This document shows, one piece after another, positions 1 through 12,068 of a stretch of 64,000 nucleotides of DNA. Below the pieces are notes generated by a model. That model saw only the letters and a program-made list of their open reading frames with translations, had not been told where the DNA came from and made no database searches. The position numbers and the translations under genes were made by a program. How positions within the stretch are numbered: the first letter of the stretch is position 1; the number at the start of each line of letters is the position of its first letter. The stretch lies in the NCBI RefSeq assembly GCF_058153355.1, contig NZ_CM177019.1; one strand, given 5' to 3'.

Positions 1-1495
<1,495 letters not shown>

Positions 1496-1555
1496 TATTT
1501 TTACAGCCAGCCGCTAACTTCCTACTGGCTGTAAAATTATCCTCTTCAGGAGGAG

Positions 1556-2981
1556 TAATGCCGATCAGTTAAGGATCAGTTGACCGATCCAGTGGCTGTG
1601 TAAGAATCCGGAAACGCTCACTTGTTTCCGGATTTTTTTATGCACATTGGACAGGCTCTTGATCTGGTATCCCGTTACGATTCTCTGCGTAACCCACTGA
1701 CTTCTCTGGGGGATTACCTCGACCCCGAACTCATCTCTCGTTGCCTTGCCGAATCAGGTACTGTAACGCTACGCAAGCGCCGTCTTCCCCTCGAAATGAT
1801 GGTCTGGTGTATTGTTGGCATGGCGCTTGAGCGTAAAGAACCTCTTCACCAGATTGTGAATCGCCTGGACATCATGCTGCCGGGCAATCGCCCCTTCGTT
1901 GCCCCCAGTGCCGTTATTCAGGCCCGCCAGCGCCTGGGAAGTGAGGCTGTCCGCCGCGTGTTCACGAAAACAGCGCAGCTCTGGCATAACGCCACGCCGC
2001 ATCCGCACTGGTGCGGCCTGACCCTGCTGGCCATCGATGGTGTGTTCTGGCGCACACCGGATACACCAGAGAACGATGCAGCCTTCCCCCGCCAGACACA
2101 TGCCGGGAACCCGGCGCTCTACCCGCAGGTCAAAATGGTCTGCCAGATGGAACTGACCAGCCATCTGCTGACGGCTGCAGCCTTCGGCACGATGAAGAAC
2201 AGCGAAAATGAGCTTGCTGAGCAACTTATAGAACAAACCGGCGATAACACTCTGACGTTAATGGATAAAGGTTATTACTCACTGGGACTGTTAAATGCCT
2301 GGAGCCTGGCGGGAGAACACCGCCACTGGATGATACCTCTCAGAAAGGGAGCGCAATATGAAGAGATCAGAAAACTGGGTAAAGGCGATCATCTGGTGAA
2401 GCTGAAAACCAGCCCGCAGGCACGAAAAAAGTGGCCGGGACTGGGAAATGAAGTGACAGCCCGCCTGCTGACCGTGACGCGCAAAGGAAAAGTCTGCCAT
2501 CTGCTGACGTCGATGACGGACGCCATGCGCTTCCCCGGAGGAGAAATGGCGGATCTGTACAGTCATCGCTGGGAAATCGAACTGGGATACAGGGAGATAA
2601 AACAGACGATGCAACTGAGCAGGCTGACGCTGAGAAGTAAAAAGCCGGAGCTTGTGGAGCAAGAGCTGTGGGGTGTCTTACTGGCTTATAATCTGGTGAG
2701 ATATCAGATGATTAAAATGGCGGAACATCTGAAAGGTTACTGGCCGAATCAACTGAGTTTCTCAGAATCATGCGGAATGGTGATGAGAATGCTGATGACA
2801 TTGCAGGGCGCTTCACCGGGACGTATACCGGAGCTGATGCGCGATCTTGCAAGTATGGGACAACTTGTGAAATTACCGACAAGAAGGGAAAGGGCCTTCC
2901 CGAGAGTGGTAAAGGAGAGGCCCTGGAAATACCCCACAGCCCCGAAAAAGAGCCAGTCAGTTGCTTAACTGACTGGCATTA
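1556..2981 (+). mobile_element. IS4 insertion sequence, 1426 bp
   Basis: Terminal inverted repeats TAATGCCGATCAGTTAAG (1556..1573) and CTTAACTGACTGGCATTA (2964..2981); 12-bp direct repeat CTTCAGGAGGAG at 1544..1555 and 2982..2993; single transposase ORF inside. Confidence 0.9.
1640..2968 (+). CDS. insG: IS4 transposase (DDE family)
   Basis: ORF 1622..2968; start chosen at MHIGQ to give 442 aa; sequence recognised as IS4 InsG. Confidence 0.85.
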   Translation: MHIGQALDLVSRYDSLRNPLTSLGDYLDPELISRCLAESGTVTLRKRRLPLEMMVWCIVGMALERKEPLHQIVNRLDIMLPGNRPFVAPSAVIQARQRLGSEAVRRVFTKTAQLWHNATPHPHWCGLTLLAIDGVFWRTPDTPENDAAFPRQTHAGNPALYPQVKMVCQMELTSHLLTAAAFGTMKNSENELAEQLIEQTGDNTLTLMDKGYYSLGLLNAWSLAGEHRHWMIPLRKGAQYEEIRKLGKGDHLVKLKTSPQARKKWPGLGNEVTARLLTVTRKGKVCHLLTSMTDAMRFPGGEMADLYSHRWEIELGYREIKQTMQLSRLTLRSKKPELVEQELWGVLLAYNLVRYQMIKMAEHLKGYWPNQLSFSESCGMVMRMLMTLQGASPGRIPELMRDLASMGQLVKLPTRRERAFPRVVKERPWKYPTAPKKSQSVA

Positions 2982-2983
2982 CT

Positions 2984-3586
2984 TCAGGAGGAGATATTTA
3001 ACATCATTGCCGCCTGGGTGCGATTTTTGACTTCCAGACGGCGATACAGTGATTCCAGATGCGCTTTCACCGTTCCGGTACTGATATTCAGCGCCCTGCC
3101 GATCTCTTTATTTGATTCGCCCGCCGCTAACATGGTTAAAATCTCCCGCTGGCGGGCGCTTAACGATTTGAGATCTTTAATGTCCTTTTCCGGCGTCGTT
3201 CGCCAGTCTCCAGGCAGAAACATCATCCCCATCGCCGCACTATTGACCGCCAACGCAAATGTCTCGACGGTTGAATCACGAGGCACAATGGCCAGCACAT
3301 TAAAATGAATAACTTCCTGTAACCACCGTTTGTTGCAATCCGTCGCCGTAATTAACACCTTAACCTCAGGAAATTGCACCACGGTTTTTTGCAGCAACCA
3401 GTAGCAAAACTCACCATCCTGATCGCCATCGAGCATCACTAAGGCTTCAGGGTAACTTTCCAGCTTTTGCCATAACTCGTCTGCCTGACTGGCCCCCTGA
3501 ATACTCACTCCTGGAATACGATGCTGTAAACTGATTTTCATTCCATGAATAAATATTGACTGCCTGTCAAACATGACTATTTGCAT
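2984..3586 (-). CDS. yhjB: LuxR/FixJ-type response-regulator-like protein
   Basis: 200-aa ORF with C-terminal LuxR helix-turn-helix (REILTMLAAGESNKEIGRALNISTGTVKAHL). Confidence 0.85.
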   Translation of the reverse strand: MQIVMFDRQSIFIHGMKISLQHRIPGVSIQGASQADELWQKLESYPEALVMLDGDQDGEFCYWLLQKTVVQFPEVKVLITATDCNKRWLQEVIHFNVLAIVPRDSTVETFALAVNSAAMGMMFLPGDWRTTPEKDIKDLKSLSARQREILTMLAAGESNKEIGRALNISTGTVKAHLESLYRRLEVKNRTQAAMMLNISS

Positions 3587-4105
3587 AACTGAATCTCCAC
3601 CTGAATACGTTAAAAAGACTTAAGTAGTGGAAGGGTATTACCCGCGAGAAAAAATAAGAATTCGCCATTTGGCGGTGGCCATTCTACAGAGATGACGCGT
3701 AGAAAATAGTTACCGATATAAATAGTTACAGCTAAACGCCTGAAATTACATGTCGAGGGCATTATTTAAAACAATTTTGAGGATTTCCTTATATTGATGG
3801 CTAGTACGCATGCAATTAAAAATGAAATTCCGCGACCACAAGCCAAAATAACAAACGGCAATGAGACAAAAATAAGCACAAATAGCCAATACGTCCTCTG
3901 TTCACTTTAAAGGGAATCGCTGAAAAATACGCTCTGTTTAAGGGGATTCACCGTTCTCATAAAGCTATTCTCCCCTTTTCCTGCTGAGAAATCGCCACAT
4001 TCGTCATGACAACATTGTGAAACCCGGCATTAGATGTTAGAAAAAACAATAAACAATGCGATATGCGCGTTACTGTTTCGCTGTGAACAACAATCGGTCA
4101 AAGAA

Positions 4106-5005
4106 ATGGATAAAATTCACGCAATGCAGTTGTTCATCAAAGTCGCGGAGCTGGAAAGTTTTTCCCGCGCAGCGGATTTCTTTGCTTTGCCAAAGGGAAG
4201 TGTTTCGCGCCAGATACAGGCACTGGAACATCAACTTGGCACCCAGCTTCTCCAGCGCACCACGCGACGGGTCAAACTCACGCCAGAAGGCATGACCTAT
4301 TATCAACGGGCAAAAGATGTGTTGAGTAATCTCAACGAACTGGACGGTCTGTTTCAACAGGATGCCACCAGTATCAGCGGTAAATTACGCATCGACATCC
4401 CACCAGGAATCGCGAAAAGCCTGTTACTGCCGCGCCTGTCGGAATTTCTCTATCAGCATCCGGGAATTGAGCTGGAACTGAGTAGCCATGACCGTCCGGT
4501 AGATATTCTTCATGATGGTTTTGATTGCGTGATACGCACTGGCGCGTTATCGGAAGATGGTGTTATCGCCTGTCCCCTCGGCAAACTGACCATGGTCAAC
4601 TGTGCCAGTCCGCACTATCTGACGCGCTTTGGTTATCCGCAAAGCCCCGACGATCTGACTTCACACGCAATAGTGCGTTACACACCGCACCTGGGTGTAC
4701 ATCCGTTAGGTTTTGAGGTTGCCAGCGTTAATGGTGTCCAGTGGTTTAAGTCTGGCGGCATGTTGACGGTAAACAGTAGCGAAAACTATCTCGCCGCCGG
4801 TCTTGCCGGTCTGGGGATTATTCAGATCCCGCGCATTGCCGTGCGCGAAGCCCTGCGTGCCGGGCGGCTTATTGAAGTATTACCTGGCTACCGTGCCGAG
4901 CCGCTCTCCCTTTCGCTGATTTATCCGCAGCGTCGGGAGCTTTCCCGGCGTGTAAACCTGTTTATGCAGTGGCTGGCTGGCGTAATGAAAGAGTACCTGG
5001 ACTGA
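4106..5005 (+). CDS. yhjC: LysR-family transcriptional regulator
   Basis: ORF 4034..5005; start set at MDKIHAMQLF; N-terminal LysR HTH followed by substrate-binding domain. Confidence 0.8.
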   Translation: MDKIHAMQLFIKVAELESFSRAADFFALPKGSVSRQIQALEHQLGTQLLQRTTRRVKLTPEGMTYYQRAKDVLSNLNELDGLFQQDATSISGKLRIDIPPGIAKSLLLPRLSEFLYQHPGIELELSSHDRPVDILHDGFDCVIRTGALSEDGVIACPLGKLTMVNCASPHYLTRFGYPQSPDDLTSHAIVRYTPHLGVHPLGFEVASVNGVQWFKSGGMLTVNSSENYLAAGLAGLGIIQIPRIAVREALRAGRLIEVLPGYRAEPLSLSLIYPQRRELSRRVNLFMQWLAGVMKEYLD

Positions 5006-5053
5006 CCGACTATACTTTTTAAGAATGACCACGACAGAAGGACAAAAGAGCGG

Positions 5054-6067
5054 ATGACGCAGGAAAACGAGATCAAACGTCCCACCCAGGATCTGGAGCA
5101 CGAGCCGATTAAACCGCTGGATAATAGCGAGAAAGGCGGCAAAGTTAGCCAGGCGCTGGAAACCGTCACCACTACTGCCGAAAAAGTCCAACGCCAACCG
5201 ATTATTGCGCACCTGATTCGCGCGACTGAACGCTTTAACGATCGGCTGGGGAATCAGTTTGGTGCGGCTATCACCTATTTCTCATTTTTGTCGATGATTC
5301 CGATTTTGATGGTGTCGTTTGCCGCCGCTGGTTTCGTTCTGGCCTCCCATCCGATGCTGCTGCAGGATATCTTCGACAAAATTCTGCAAAATATTAGCGA
5401 TCCGACGCTGGCAGCTACATTGAAAAACACCATCAATACCGCCGTTCAACAGCGTACGACGGTAGGGCTTGTCGGCCTGGCGGTGGCGCTTTATTCCGGC
5501 ATCAACTGGATGGGTAACCTGCGTGAAGCGATTCGCGCTCAATCGCGCGATGTCTGGGAACGTTCGCCACAGGATCAGGAAAAATTTTGGGTTAAATATC
5601 TGCGTGATTTTATTTCGCTGATTGGTTTGTTGATTGCGCTCATTGTGACGCTTTCGATCACCTCGGTTGCCGGTTCGGCGCAGCAAATGATTATTAGCGC
5701 CCTGCACCTGAACAGCATTGAGTGGCTGAAACCAACGTGGCGGTTGATTGGTCTTGCGATTTCCATCTTCGCCAACTATCTGCTTTTCTTCTGGATCTTT
5801 TGGCGATTGCCGCGCCACCGTCCGCGCAAAAAAGCGCTAATTCGCGGAACATTTCTTGCTGCTATAGGTTTTGAAGTGATTAAAATCGTGATGACCTACA
5901 CACTGCCATCGCTGATGAAATCTCCGTCTGGCGCAGCATTTGGCTCCGTGCTGGGACTGATGGCGTTTTTCTACTTCTTCGCTCGTCTGACGCTGTTTTG
6001 CGCGGCGTGGATTGCCACCGCCGAATACAAAGACGACCCGAGAATGCCGGGGAAAACGCAGTCTTAA
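5054..6067 (+). CDS. yhjD: Inner membrane protein, YihY/BrkB family
   Basis: 337-aa ORF with multiple hydrophobic segments. Confidence 0.8.
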   Translation: MTQENEIKRPTQDLEHEPIKPLDNSEKGGKVSQALETVTTTAEKVQRQPIIAHLIRATERFNDRLGNQFGAAITYFSFLSMIPILMVSFAAAGFVLASHPMLLQDIFDKILQNISDPTLAATLKNTINTAVQQRTTVGLVGLAVALYSGINWMGNLREAIRAQSRDVWERSPQDQEKFWVKYLRDFISLIGLLIALIVTLSITSVAGSAQQMIISALHLNSIEWLKPTWRLIGLAISIFANYLLFFWIFWRLPRHRPRKKALIRGTFLAAIGFEVIKIVMTYTLPSLMKSPSGAAFGSVLGLMAFFYFFARLTLFCAAWIATAEYKDDPRMPGKTQS

Positions 6068-6180
6068 AATATGCCGGATGCAGCGTAACGCCTTATCCGG
6101 CCTACGAATTTATTCGGCCTGGCTCCCCGTAGCCGGATAAAATGCGCCAGCATCGCATCCGGCTATCATGCGCACATAAC
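6068..6180. repeat. REP/BIME palindromic repeat cluster
   Basis: GCCGGATGCAGCGTAACGCCTTATCCGGCCTAC-type imperfect palindromes immediately after the yhjD stop. Confidence 0.6.
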
Positions 6181-6473
6181 CACTTAAACTCTTCCCCAGA
6201 GCCTTTTCTGTCATCTCTTAGGAGCAAACAATTTCATTCCAACTCATTACTCCAGCATATAAATCCAGTTGGTAACTTTTATTTAACCTAAAACCAGTTT
6301 TATCCACCATTTATGAAATTATGTGAAGCATTTCATAGAAGAAAAATCACCAGCTTAAACATTATTCCCTTTTTGGCTGATTTTCGACCAACTCCGCGAT
6401 TTGTTACACATTGAAATATCACTTTTGCTGTGCGTAATATGGCTATTCGTTAGCCAAAAAATAAGAAAAGATT

Positions 6474-7796
6474 ATGCAAGCAACAGCCACAACACTCGAA
6501 AATAACCAGGAATTTACGCCGGTAAACTCACGTAATAAAGTTCTGGTTGCCTCACTCATCGGTACAGCCATTGAGTTCTTCGACTTCTATATTTACGCAA
6601 CGGCAGCCGTTATTGTGTTCCCGCATATCTTCTTCCCACAGGGTGATCCTACGGCAGCAACGCTACAGTCGCTTGCCACCTTCGCCATCGCCTTCGTCGC
6701 GCGCCCTATTGGCTCTGCCGTCTTTGGTCATTTTGGCGATCGCGTTGGGCGTAAAGCGACGCTGGTCGCCTCGTTGCTAACGATGGGGATTTCGACCGTG
6801 GTGATTGGTCTGCTGCCGGGCTATGCCACGATTGGTATTTTCGCCCCGCTGCTGCTGGCACTGGCTCGATTTGGTCAGGGTCTGGGCTTAGGCGGCGAAT
6901 GGGGCGGAGCGGCGCTGCTGGCAACCGAGAACGCACCACCGCGCAAACGTGCATTGTACGGCTCCTTCCCGCAGCTGGGCGCACCGATTGGCTTCTTCTT
7001 TGCCAACGGCACTTTCTTACTGCTTTCCTGGCTACTGACCGACGAGCAGTTTATGAGCTGGGGTTGGCGCGTGCCGTTTATCTTCTCGGCGGTGCTGGTC
7101 ATTATCGGCCTGTATGTTCGCGTGTCGCTGCATGAGTCGCCGGTGTTTGAGAAAGTCGCTAAAGCGAAAAAACAGGTGAAGATCCCGCTGGGTACGCTGC
7201 TGACCAAACATGTTCGCGTAACCGTACTGGGTACGTTCATTATGCTGGCAACCTATACGCTGTTTTACATCATGACGGTCTACTCAATGACCTTCAGTAC
7301 CGCCGCCGCGCCCGTGGGTCTTGGCCTGCCGCGTAACGAAGTATTGTGGATGCTGATGATGGCAGTGATTGGTTTTGGCGTGATGGTGCCAGTCGCCGGA
7401 CTGCTGGCCGATGCCTTTGGTCGTCGTAAAAGCATGGTAATCATCACCACGCTGATCATCCTGTTCGCGCTGTTCGCCTTTAACCCGCTGCTCGGTTCTG
7501 GCAACCCGATTCTGGTTTTTGCCTTCCTGCTGCTGGGGTTAAGTCTGATGGGACTGACCTTCGGGCCGATGGGCGCGCTGTTACCAGAGCTGTTCCCGAC
7601 AGAAGTGCGTTACACCGGAGCATCGTTCTCTTACAACGTAGCGTCGATTCTCGGGGCTTCCGTTGCGCCGTATATCGCAGCCTGGTTGCAGACTAACTAC
7701 GGGTTAGGTGCGGTGGGGTTATATCTGGCGGCGATGGCTGGCTTGACCTTAATCGCCCTGCTGCTGACCCATGAGACGCGACATCAATCGTTGTAA
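6474..7796 (+). CDS. yhjE: MFS-superfamily transporter
   Basis: 440-aa ORF, 12-TM-like hydrophobic profile. Confidence 0.85.
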   Translation: MQATATTLENNQEFTPVNSRNKVLVASLIGTAIEFFDFYIYATAAVIVFPHIFFPQGDPTAATLQSLATFAIAFVARPIGSAVFGHFGDRVGRKATLVASLLTMGISTVVIGLLPGYATIGIFAPLLLALARFGQGLGLGGEWGGAALLATENAPPRKRALYGSFPQLGAPIGFFFANGTFLLLSWLLTDEQFMSWGWRVPFIFSAVLVIIGLYVRVSLHESPVFEKVAKAKKQVKIPLGTLLTKHVRVTVLGTFIMLATYTLFYIMTVYSMTFSTAAAPVGLGLPRNEVLWMLMMAVIGFGVMVPVAGLLADAFGRRKSMVIITTLIILFALFAFNPLLGSGNPILVFAFLLLGLSLMGLTFGPMGALLPELFPTEVRYTGASFSYNVASILGASVAPYIAAWLQTNYGLGAVGLYLAAMAGLTLIALLLTHETRHQSL

Positions 7797-7799
7797 TAA

Positions 7800-7920
7800 G
7801 AGTGAAAAGCCTGATGCGCTACGCTTATCAGGCCTGAATTCCCATACAATATATTGAATTCGCAAGGATTTGTAGGCCGGATAAGGCGTTCACGCCGCAT
7901 CCGGCAGTTTCCATCACTTC
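7800..7920. repeat. REP/BIME palindromic repeat cluster
   Basis: GCCTGATGCGCTACGCTTATCAGGCCT and GTAGGCCGGATAAGGCGTTCACGCCGCATCCGGC palindromic units between yhjE and yhjG. Confidence 0.6.
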
Positions 7921-9974
7921 TTCATCTGCGACAAAATCGTCCGACACTGATTAGCCTCCCCTTCGGAAGGAGAGATCAGCGCCAGTAACGCCGCCGCCGG
8001 TGTTACCAGCGTTGCCAGTGCCGCCGCGACGGCTCCGCGAGCAATCAACGGTCCGGCTTTTACCCCAGCCTGCGGATTTTTAAATGTCCCACGCACATAC
8101 AGCGGCGAACGCAGTGTGATAATGCGAATCCCTTTACTTTCTGGATCGATAGTCAAATCCAGTTGCTCCGAAGCAAAACTTGCCGTGCCGGTAACATTGA
8201 TCAACGCATTCTCAGTATCAAAAGCAAAAATCTGCGGACGCGCCACACCGTTGGCAATATCCAGATTCGCCGCCGCGCAGTTCACCCGCACCTCATCATC
8301 ACCAAATATCGCACCGACAATGTAGTTGCCGACATTCAGGCCGACAATCTCCATCAGGTTGCGGCTCACCAGCCCGTCATTCATCAACAGTTTCAGGTTG
8401 CCGTTACTGTTGCCTAAAAGCGCCGCCACCGAGTTACCGCTACCGCGTAGTTCCGCGTCACCGTTCATTTCCCCCAGCGTCTTCTGCATCAGTTCTACAT
8501 CGGGCATCAGTTCTTTGAGTTTCAGCCGACGCGCCTGAATATCAGCCCGCCCTTGCATCGGCTTTTTATCGCCTTCCAGATGAATATTCGCCGCAATGCT
8601 GCCGCCTGCCATGCCAAATTTCAGCGGTTGCAGGCGCAGGTCAGCATTTTTGAGGATGATATGAGTAGAAAGATCGCTAATCGGCAAGCTACTACCATGT
8701 TCAATGCGCCGACCTTTGAAGCGGACATCGGCATCCATGACGTCCCATTTATCGGTTTCGAAGCGGTCATAAGGCAGCACTTTGCCCGCAGGCTGAACGC
8801 TTTTTTCGCCTTTCTTCTGCTCAGACCGTTTCGACTTTTCTGCACCTTTTCCAGAATCAACGCCAATCAATGGCCCTAAATCTGCCAGCCGCAATTGCCG
8901 CGATTCGACATCACCTTCCAGTTTTGGCCGTGGCTTGCCGGTGGTGTAGATCAGAGAACCGTGGATATCACTATCGCCAATGCGCCCATTAAAGCCTCGA
9001 TAATCAAATACCGACGATTTTTCAGTGTCGATTTTCGCGACCAGCCGACCATCGGTTTCAAACGGCGGGGTATCGGGCAGCAGAACGCCCGTCAGTTCAT
9101 AGAGATCACCCAGCGAATCGCCAGAAAATTTAAGCCGTAAATCGACACCGCCCATCTTCATTGGGTCATTCACGACGCCATCAAAAGCGACGCGAGTATT
9201 CCCGGAGCGGAAATCAGCCTGTACCGGAAACGGTGTACCTTCGCCGCGTAGTGCCAGCATACCGCCGATTTTACCTTTGCCCGTGAGCGGTTCACCGTTA
9301 TAACGTCCCTGCGCCTTCAGACCAAAAACGTAATCGCCCACCTTTTCTTTGTCCGCTTTACCTTTCGATCCGGTAACTTCACTGAACGGCAGCGGCTTGC
9401 CTAACGGATCGACAAAAATTTCCAGATCCGCTTTGCTTACTTTGTCATCAATAGCGATCCGCCCTTGATCGAACAGAATATTATCCAGTCGAAACGACCA
9501 CGCAGACGGCTTTGCATTCATGTCTTTGTTGTCATCATTGGCGAGATTAAAGGTCCAGTTATTGTTCTTTTCAGAGAGACGAATCAGACGCGCGTCGGGC
9601 TTCTCCAGTTTTATCCACGGTAGCCAGACCGTTTTGGTCAGCAACGCCAGCGGGGCCAGCGTCGCTTCTACCCGCGGCAAATGCACCATTGTTACTTCGG
9701 GAATATCCGGCGGATTGCCAAGAATGATGTCTTCTGCATGCACATGAGGCCACGGCACCCAGCTGCGCCAGCCGGTTTCTTGTTTTTGCCGCTCCCACAC
9801 CACGCCCAGATCGCCACGGATAGCGAATGGACGATTCAACTCCGCAGAGACTTTCTGGTTGATGGTCGGTTTGAGTCGATTCCAGTCAAATGTTGCAATC
9901 AAAATGATCGCCACGACAATCAACAACAAGAAAGTCCCTGAAATCGCAGCGGTTATTTTGCCTGCCTTGCTCAT
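7914..9974 (-). CDS. yhjG: AsmA-family outer-membrane assembly protein
   Basis: ORF 7914..9989; start set at MSKAGK (686 aa); N-terminal membrane anchor. Confidence 0.8.
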   Translation of the reverse strand: MSKAGKITAAISGTFLLLIVVAIILIATFDWNRLKPTINQKVSAELNRPFAIRGDLGVVWERQKQETGWRSWVPWPHVHAEDIILGNPPDIPEVTMVHLPRVEATLAPLALLTKTVWLPWIKLEKPDARLIRLSEKNNNWTFNLANDDNKDMNAKPSAWSFRLDNILFDQGRIAIDDKVSKADLEIFVDPLGKPLPFSEVTGSKGKADKEKVGDYVFGLKAQGRYNGEPLTGKGKIGGMLALRGEGTPFPVQADFRSGNTRVAFDGVVNDPMKMGGVDLRLKFSGDSLGDLYELTGVLLPDTPPFETDGRLVAKIDTEKSSVFDYRGFNGRIGDSDIHGSLIYTTGKPRPKLEGDVESRQLRLADLGPLIGVDSGKGAEKSKRSEQKKGEKSVQPAGKVLPYDRFETDKWDVMDADVRFKGRRIEHGSSLPISDLSTHIILKNADLRLQPLKFGMAGGSIAANIHLEGDKKPMQGRADIQARRLKLKELMPDVELMQKTLGEMNGDAELRGSGNSVAALLGNSNGNLKLLMNDGLVSRNLMEIVGLNVGNYIVGAIFGDDEVRVNCAAANLDIANGVARPQIFAFDTENALINVTGTASFASEQLDLTIDPESKGIRIITLRSPLYVRGTFKNPQAGVKAGPLIARGAVAAALATLVTPAAALLALISPSEGEANQCRTILSQMKK

Positions 9975-10044
9975 CATTCGCTTCCTCATATTTCTTCCTG
10001 TGCCAGTCCTAAAGATAGTCCAGCCAGGCAGAAAATGAGGCAGC

Positions 10045-10812
10045 TTATAGCGCCAGAACTGCCGAATTCAGCGTTTCTATCGGTGCCGGGCGTGAAAGAA
10101 ACCAGCCTTGTGCGGCAAATGCAGGCGAATTTTGTACATCGCGCCACTCTTCCTGCGTTTCCACACCTTCGACAATCACCCCGCGACAATAGCGATTCAT
10201 GAGATGTAAAAGCTGAGAAAAGAGCGTGCGTCCTTCCGGCGACTGACGAAGCATCACAAACAGCTCACGGGCGATTTTGATGTAGTCGTAACGTACTTCA
10301 CTTAGCGCAGAGAAATTCGCCATCCCAGTGCCGAAATCATCCAGCCACAGCGGACCAAATTCACACATCGAGGCAAAGGTTGAGTCTTTTGGCAGGCGGA
10401 TGTGTTCTACCAGTTCGAAACGCAGCCAGGGAAGATGCTCAATCTGGCGCAGGATTTTTGGTTGCTGACGCAGGGCGATGAGCGTAGGACCATCAATATT
10501 GACCGATGCCAGCAGGCCGTGCTCGACAAAGAAGTCAGCATTTTGCGCCAGCAAATCAATCTGCTCTTTCACAACCTCCATCCGATGGCTGACGGTGATT
10601 TCAGTAAAATAGCGATCCGGCGGCAGACGTTGTAAAGGGTTCGAGGGATGCGTGACCACCGTTAATAGCTCCACGGCCATTAACCGTCCGCAGGTTTGAT
10701 AGATCGGCTGCCAGGTGTAAGCACGCTCACACTGCAACCAAAAACGCCGTTCCTGCAAGCTCTCGATGCTTGCTTCAGGGTTGCTTATTCGCTGGATAAC
10801 CTGCCTTATCAT
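10045..10812 (-). CDS. pdeH: c-di-GMP phosphodiesterase (EAL domain only)
   Basis: ORF 10045..10857; start set at MIRQVIQ (255 aa); EAL-domain sequence. Confidence 0.85.
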   Translation of the reverse strand: MIRQVIQRISNPEASIESLQERRFWLQCERAYTWQPIYQTCGRLMAVELLTVVTHPSNPLQRLPPDRYFTEITVSHRMEVVKEQIDLLAQNADFFVEHGLLASVNIDGPTLIALRQQPKILRQIEHLPWLRFELVEHIRLPKDSTFASMCEFGPLWLDDFGTGMANFSALSEVRYDYIKIARELFVMLRQSPEGRTLFSQLLHLMNRYCRGVIVEGVETQEEWRDVQNSPAFAAQGWFLSRPAPIETLNSAVLAL

Positions 10813-11043
10813 CAAAGATGTCCTGTGTTTAAAAGTGATGCTGCCCGGACTCGACAAAGATTATCGGCGCGCAAGGGCAGAACTTTACCGCCTGGCCGGG
10901 TTAAATTTCCCCACTCCACAACGGAATCTTTCAGGAATACGTTCTGGCTCAAAAAAATAATGGAACACTGTTTTAATATGGTTGACCAGCAAACCACCAC
11001 AGCGCAAACTAACGCTAATTTTTTACAGATCAGGTTCACGACT

Positions 11044-11973
11044 ATGTCCAAAAAGATTGCCGTGATTGGCGAATGCATGATTGAGCTTTCCGAGAAAGGC
11101 GCGGACGTTAAGCGCGGTTTCGGCGGCGATACCCTGAACACTTCCGTCTATATCGCCCGTCAGGTCGATCCTGCGGCATTAACCGTTCATTACGTGACGG
11201 CGCTGGGAACGGACAGTTTTAGTCAGCAGATGCTGGACGCCTGGCACGGCGAGAACGTTGATACTTCCCTGACCCAACGGATGGAAAACCGTCTGCCGGG
11301 TCTTTACTACATTGAAACCGACAGCACCGGCGAACGTACGTTCTACTACTGGCGTAACGAAGCCGCCGCCAAATTTTGGCTGGAGAGTGAGCAATCCGCA
11401 GCGATTTGTGCAGAGCTGGCGAATTTTGATTATCTCTACCTGAGCGGGATTAGCCTGGCAATCTTAAGCCCGACCAGCCGCGAAAAGCTGCTTTCCCTGC
11501 TGCGCGAATGCCGCGCTAACGGTGGAAAAGTGATTTTCGACAATAACTACCGTCCGCGCTTGTGGGCCAGCAAAGAAGAGACACAGCAGATGTACCAGCA
11601 AATGCTGGAATGCACGGATATCGCCTTCCTGACGCTGGACGACGAAGACGCGCTGTGGGGTCAACAACCGGTGGAAGACGTCATTGCGCGCACCCATAAC
11701 GCGGGCGTGAAAGAAGTGGTGGTGAAACGCGGGGCGGATTCTTGCCTGGTGTCCATTGCTGGCGAGGGGTTAGTGGATGTTCCGGCGGTGAAACTGCCGA
11801 AAGAAAAAGTGATCGATACCACCGCAGCTGGCGACTCTTTCAGTGCCGGTTATCTGGCGGTACGTTTGACGGGCGGCAGTGCGGAAAATGCGGCGAAACG
11901 CGGGCACCTGACCGCAAGTACCGTTATTCAGTATCGCGGCGCGATTATCCCGCGTGAGGCGATGCCGGCGTAA
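11044..11973 (+). CDS. kdgK: 2-dehydro-3-deoxygluconokinase
   Basis: ORF track extends to 10696, but the true start is MSKKIAVIGECMIEL at 11044 (309 aa); pfkB sugar-kinase family. Confidence 0.85.
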   Translation: MSKKIAVIGECMIELSEKGADVKRGFGGDTLNTSVYIARQVDPAALTVHYVTALGTDSFSQQMLDAWHGENVDTSLTQRMENRLPGLYYIETDSTGERTFYYWRNEAAAKFWLESEQSAAICAELANFDYLYLSGISLAILSPTSREKLLSLLRECRANGGKVIFDNNYRPRLWASKEETQQMYQQMLECTDIAFLTLDDEDALWGQQPVEDVIARTHNAGVKEVVVKRGADSCLVSIAGEGLVDVPAVKLPKEKVIDTTAAGDSFSAGYLAVRLTGGSAENAAKRGHLTASTVIQYRGAIIPREAMPA

Positions 11974-12068
11974 AAGCAGCATATGCAAAAGGCTGGATAA
12001 AGTGTTACCCCTCTATCCAGCTCATCCATAAATACCTGATGGTTGTGCTAACTCATCACCATCAGGCA

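Noticed and set aside
6068-7920. Possible CRISPR array or integron attC sites in the palindromic repeat clusters
   Set aside because: These are short imperfect REP palindromes in mixed orientation without regular spacers; no CRISPR array or cas genes are present in the window.
10696-11043. N-terminal extension of the kdgK ORF overlapping pdeH
   Set aside because: The extension exists only because no stop occurs upstream; it overlaps the divergent pdeH, and MSKKIAVIGECMIEL at 11044 fits the expected 309-aa kinase.
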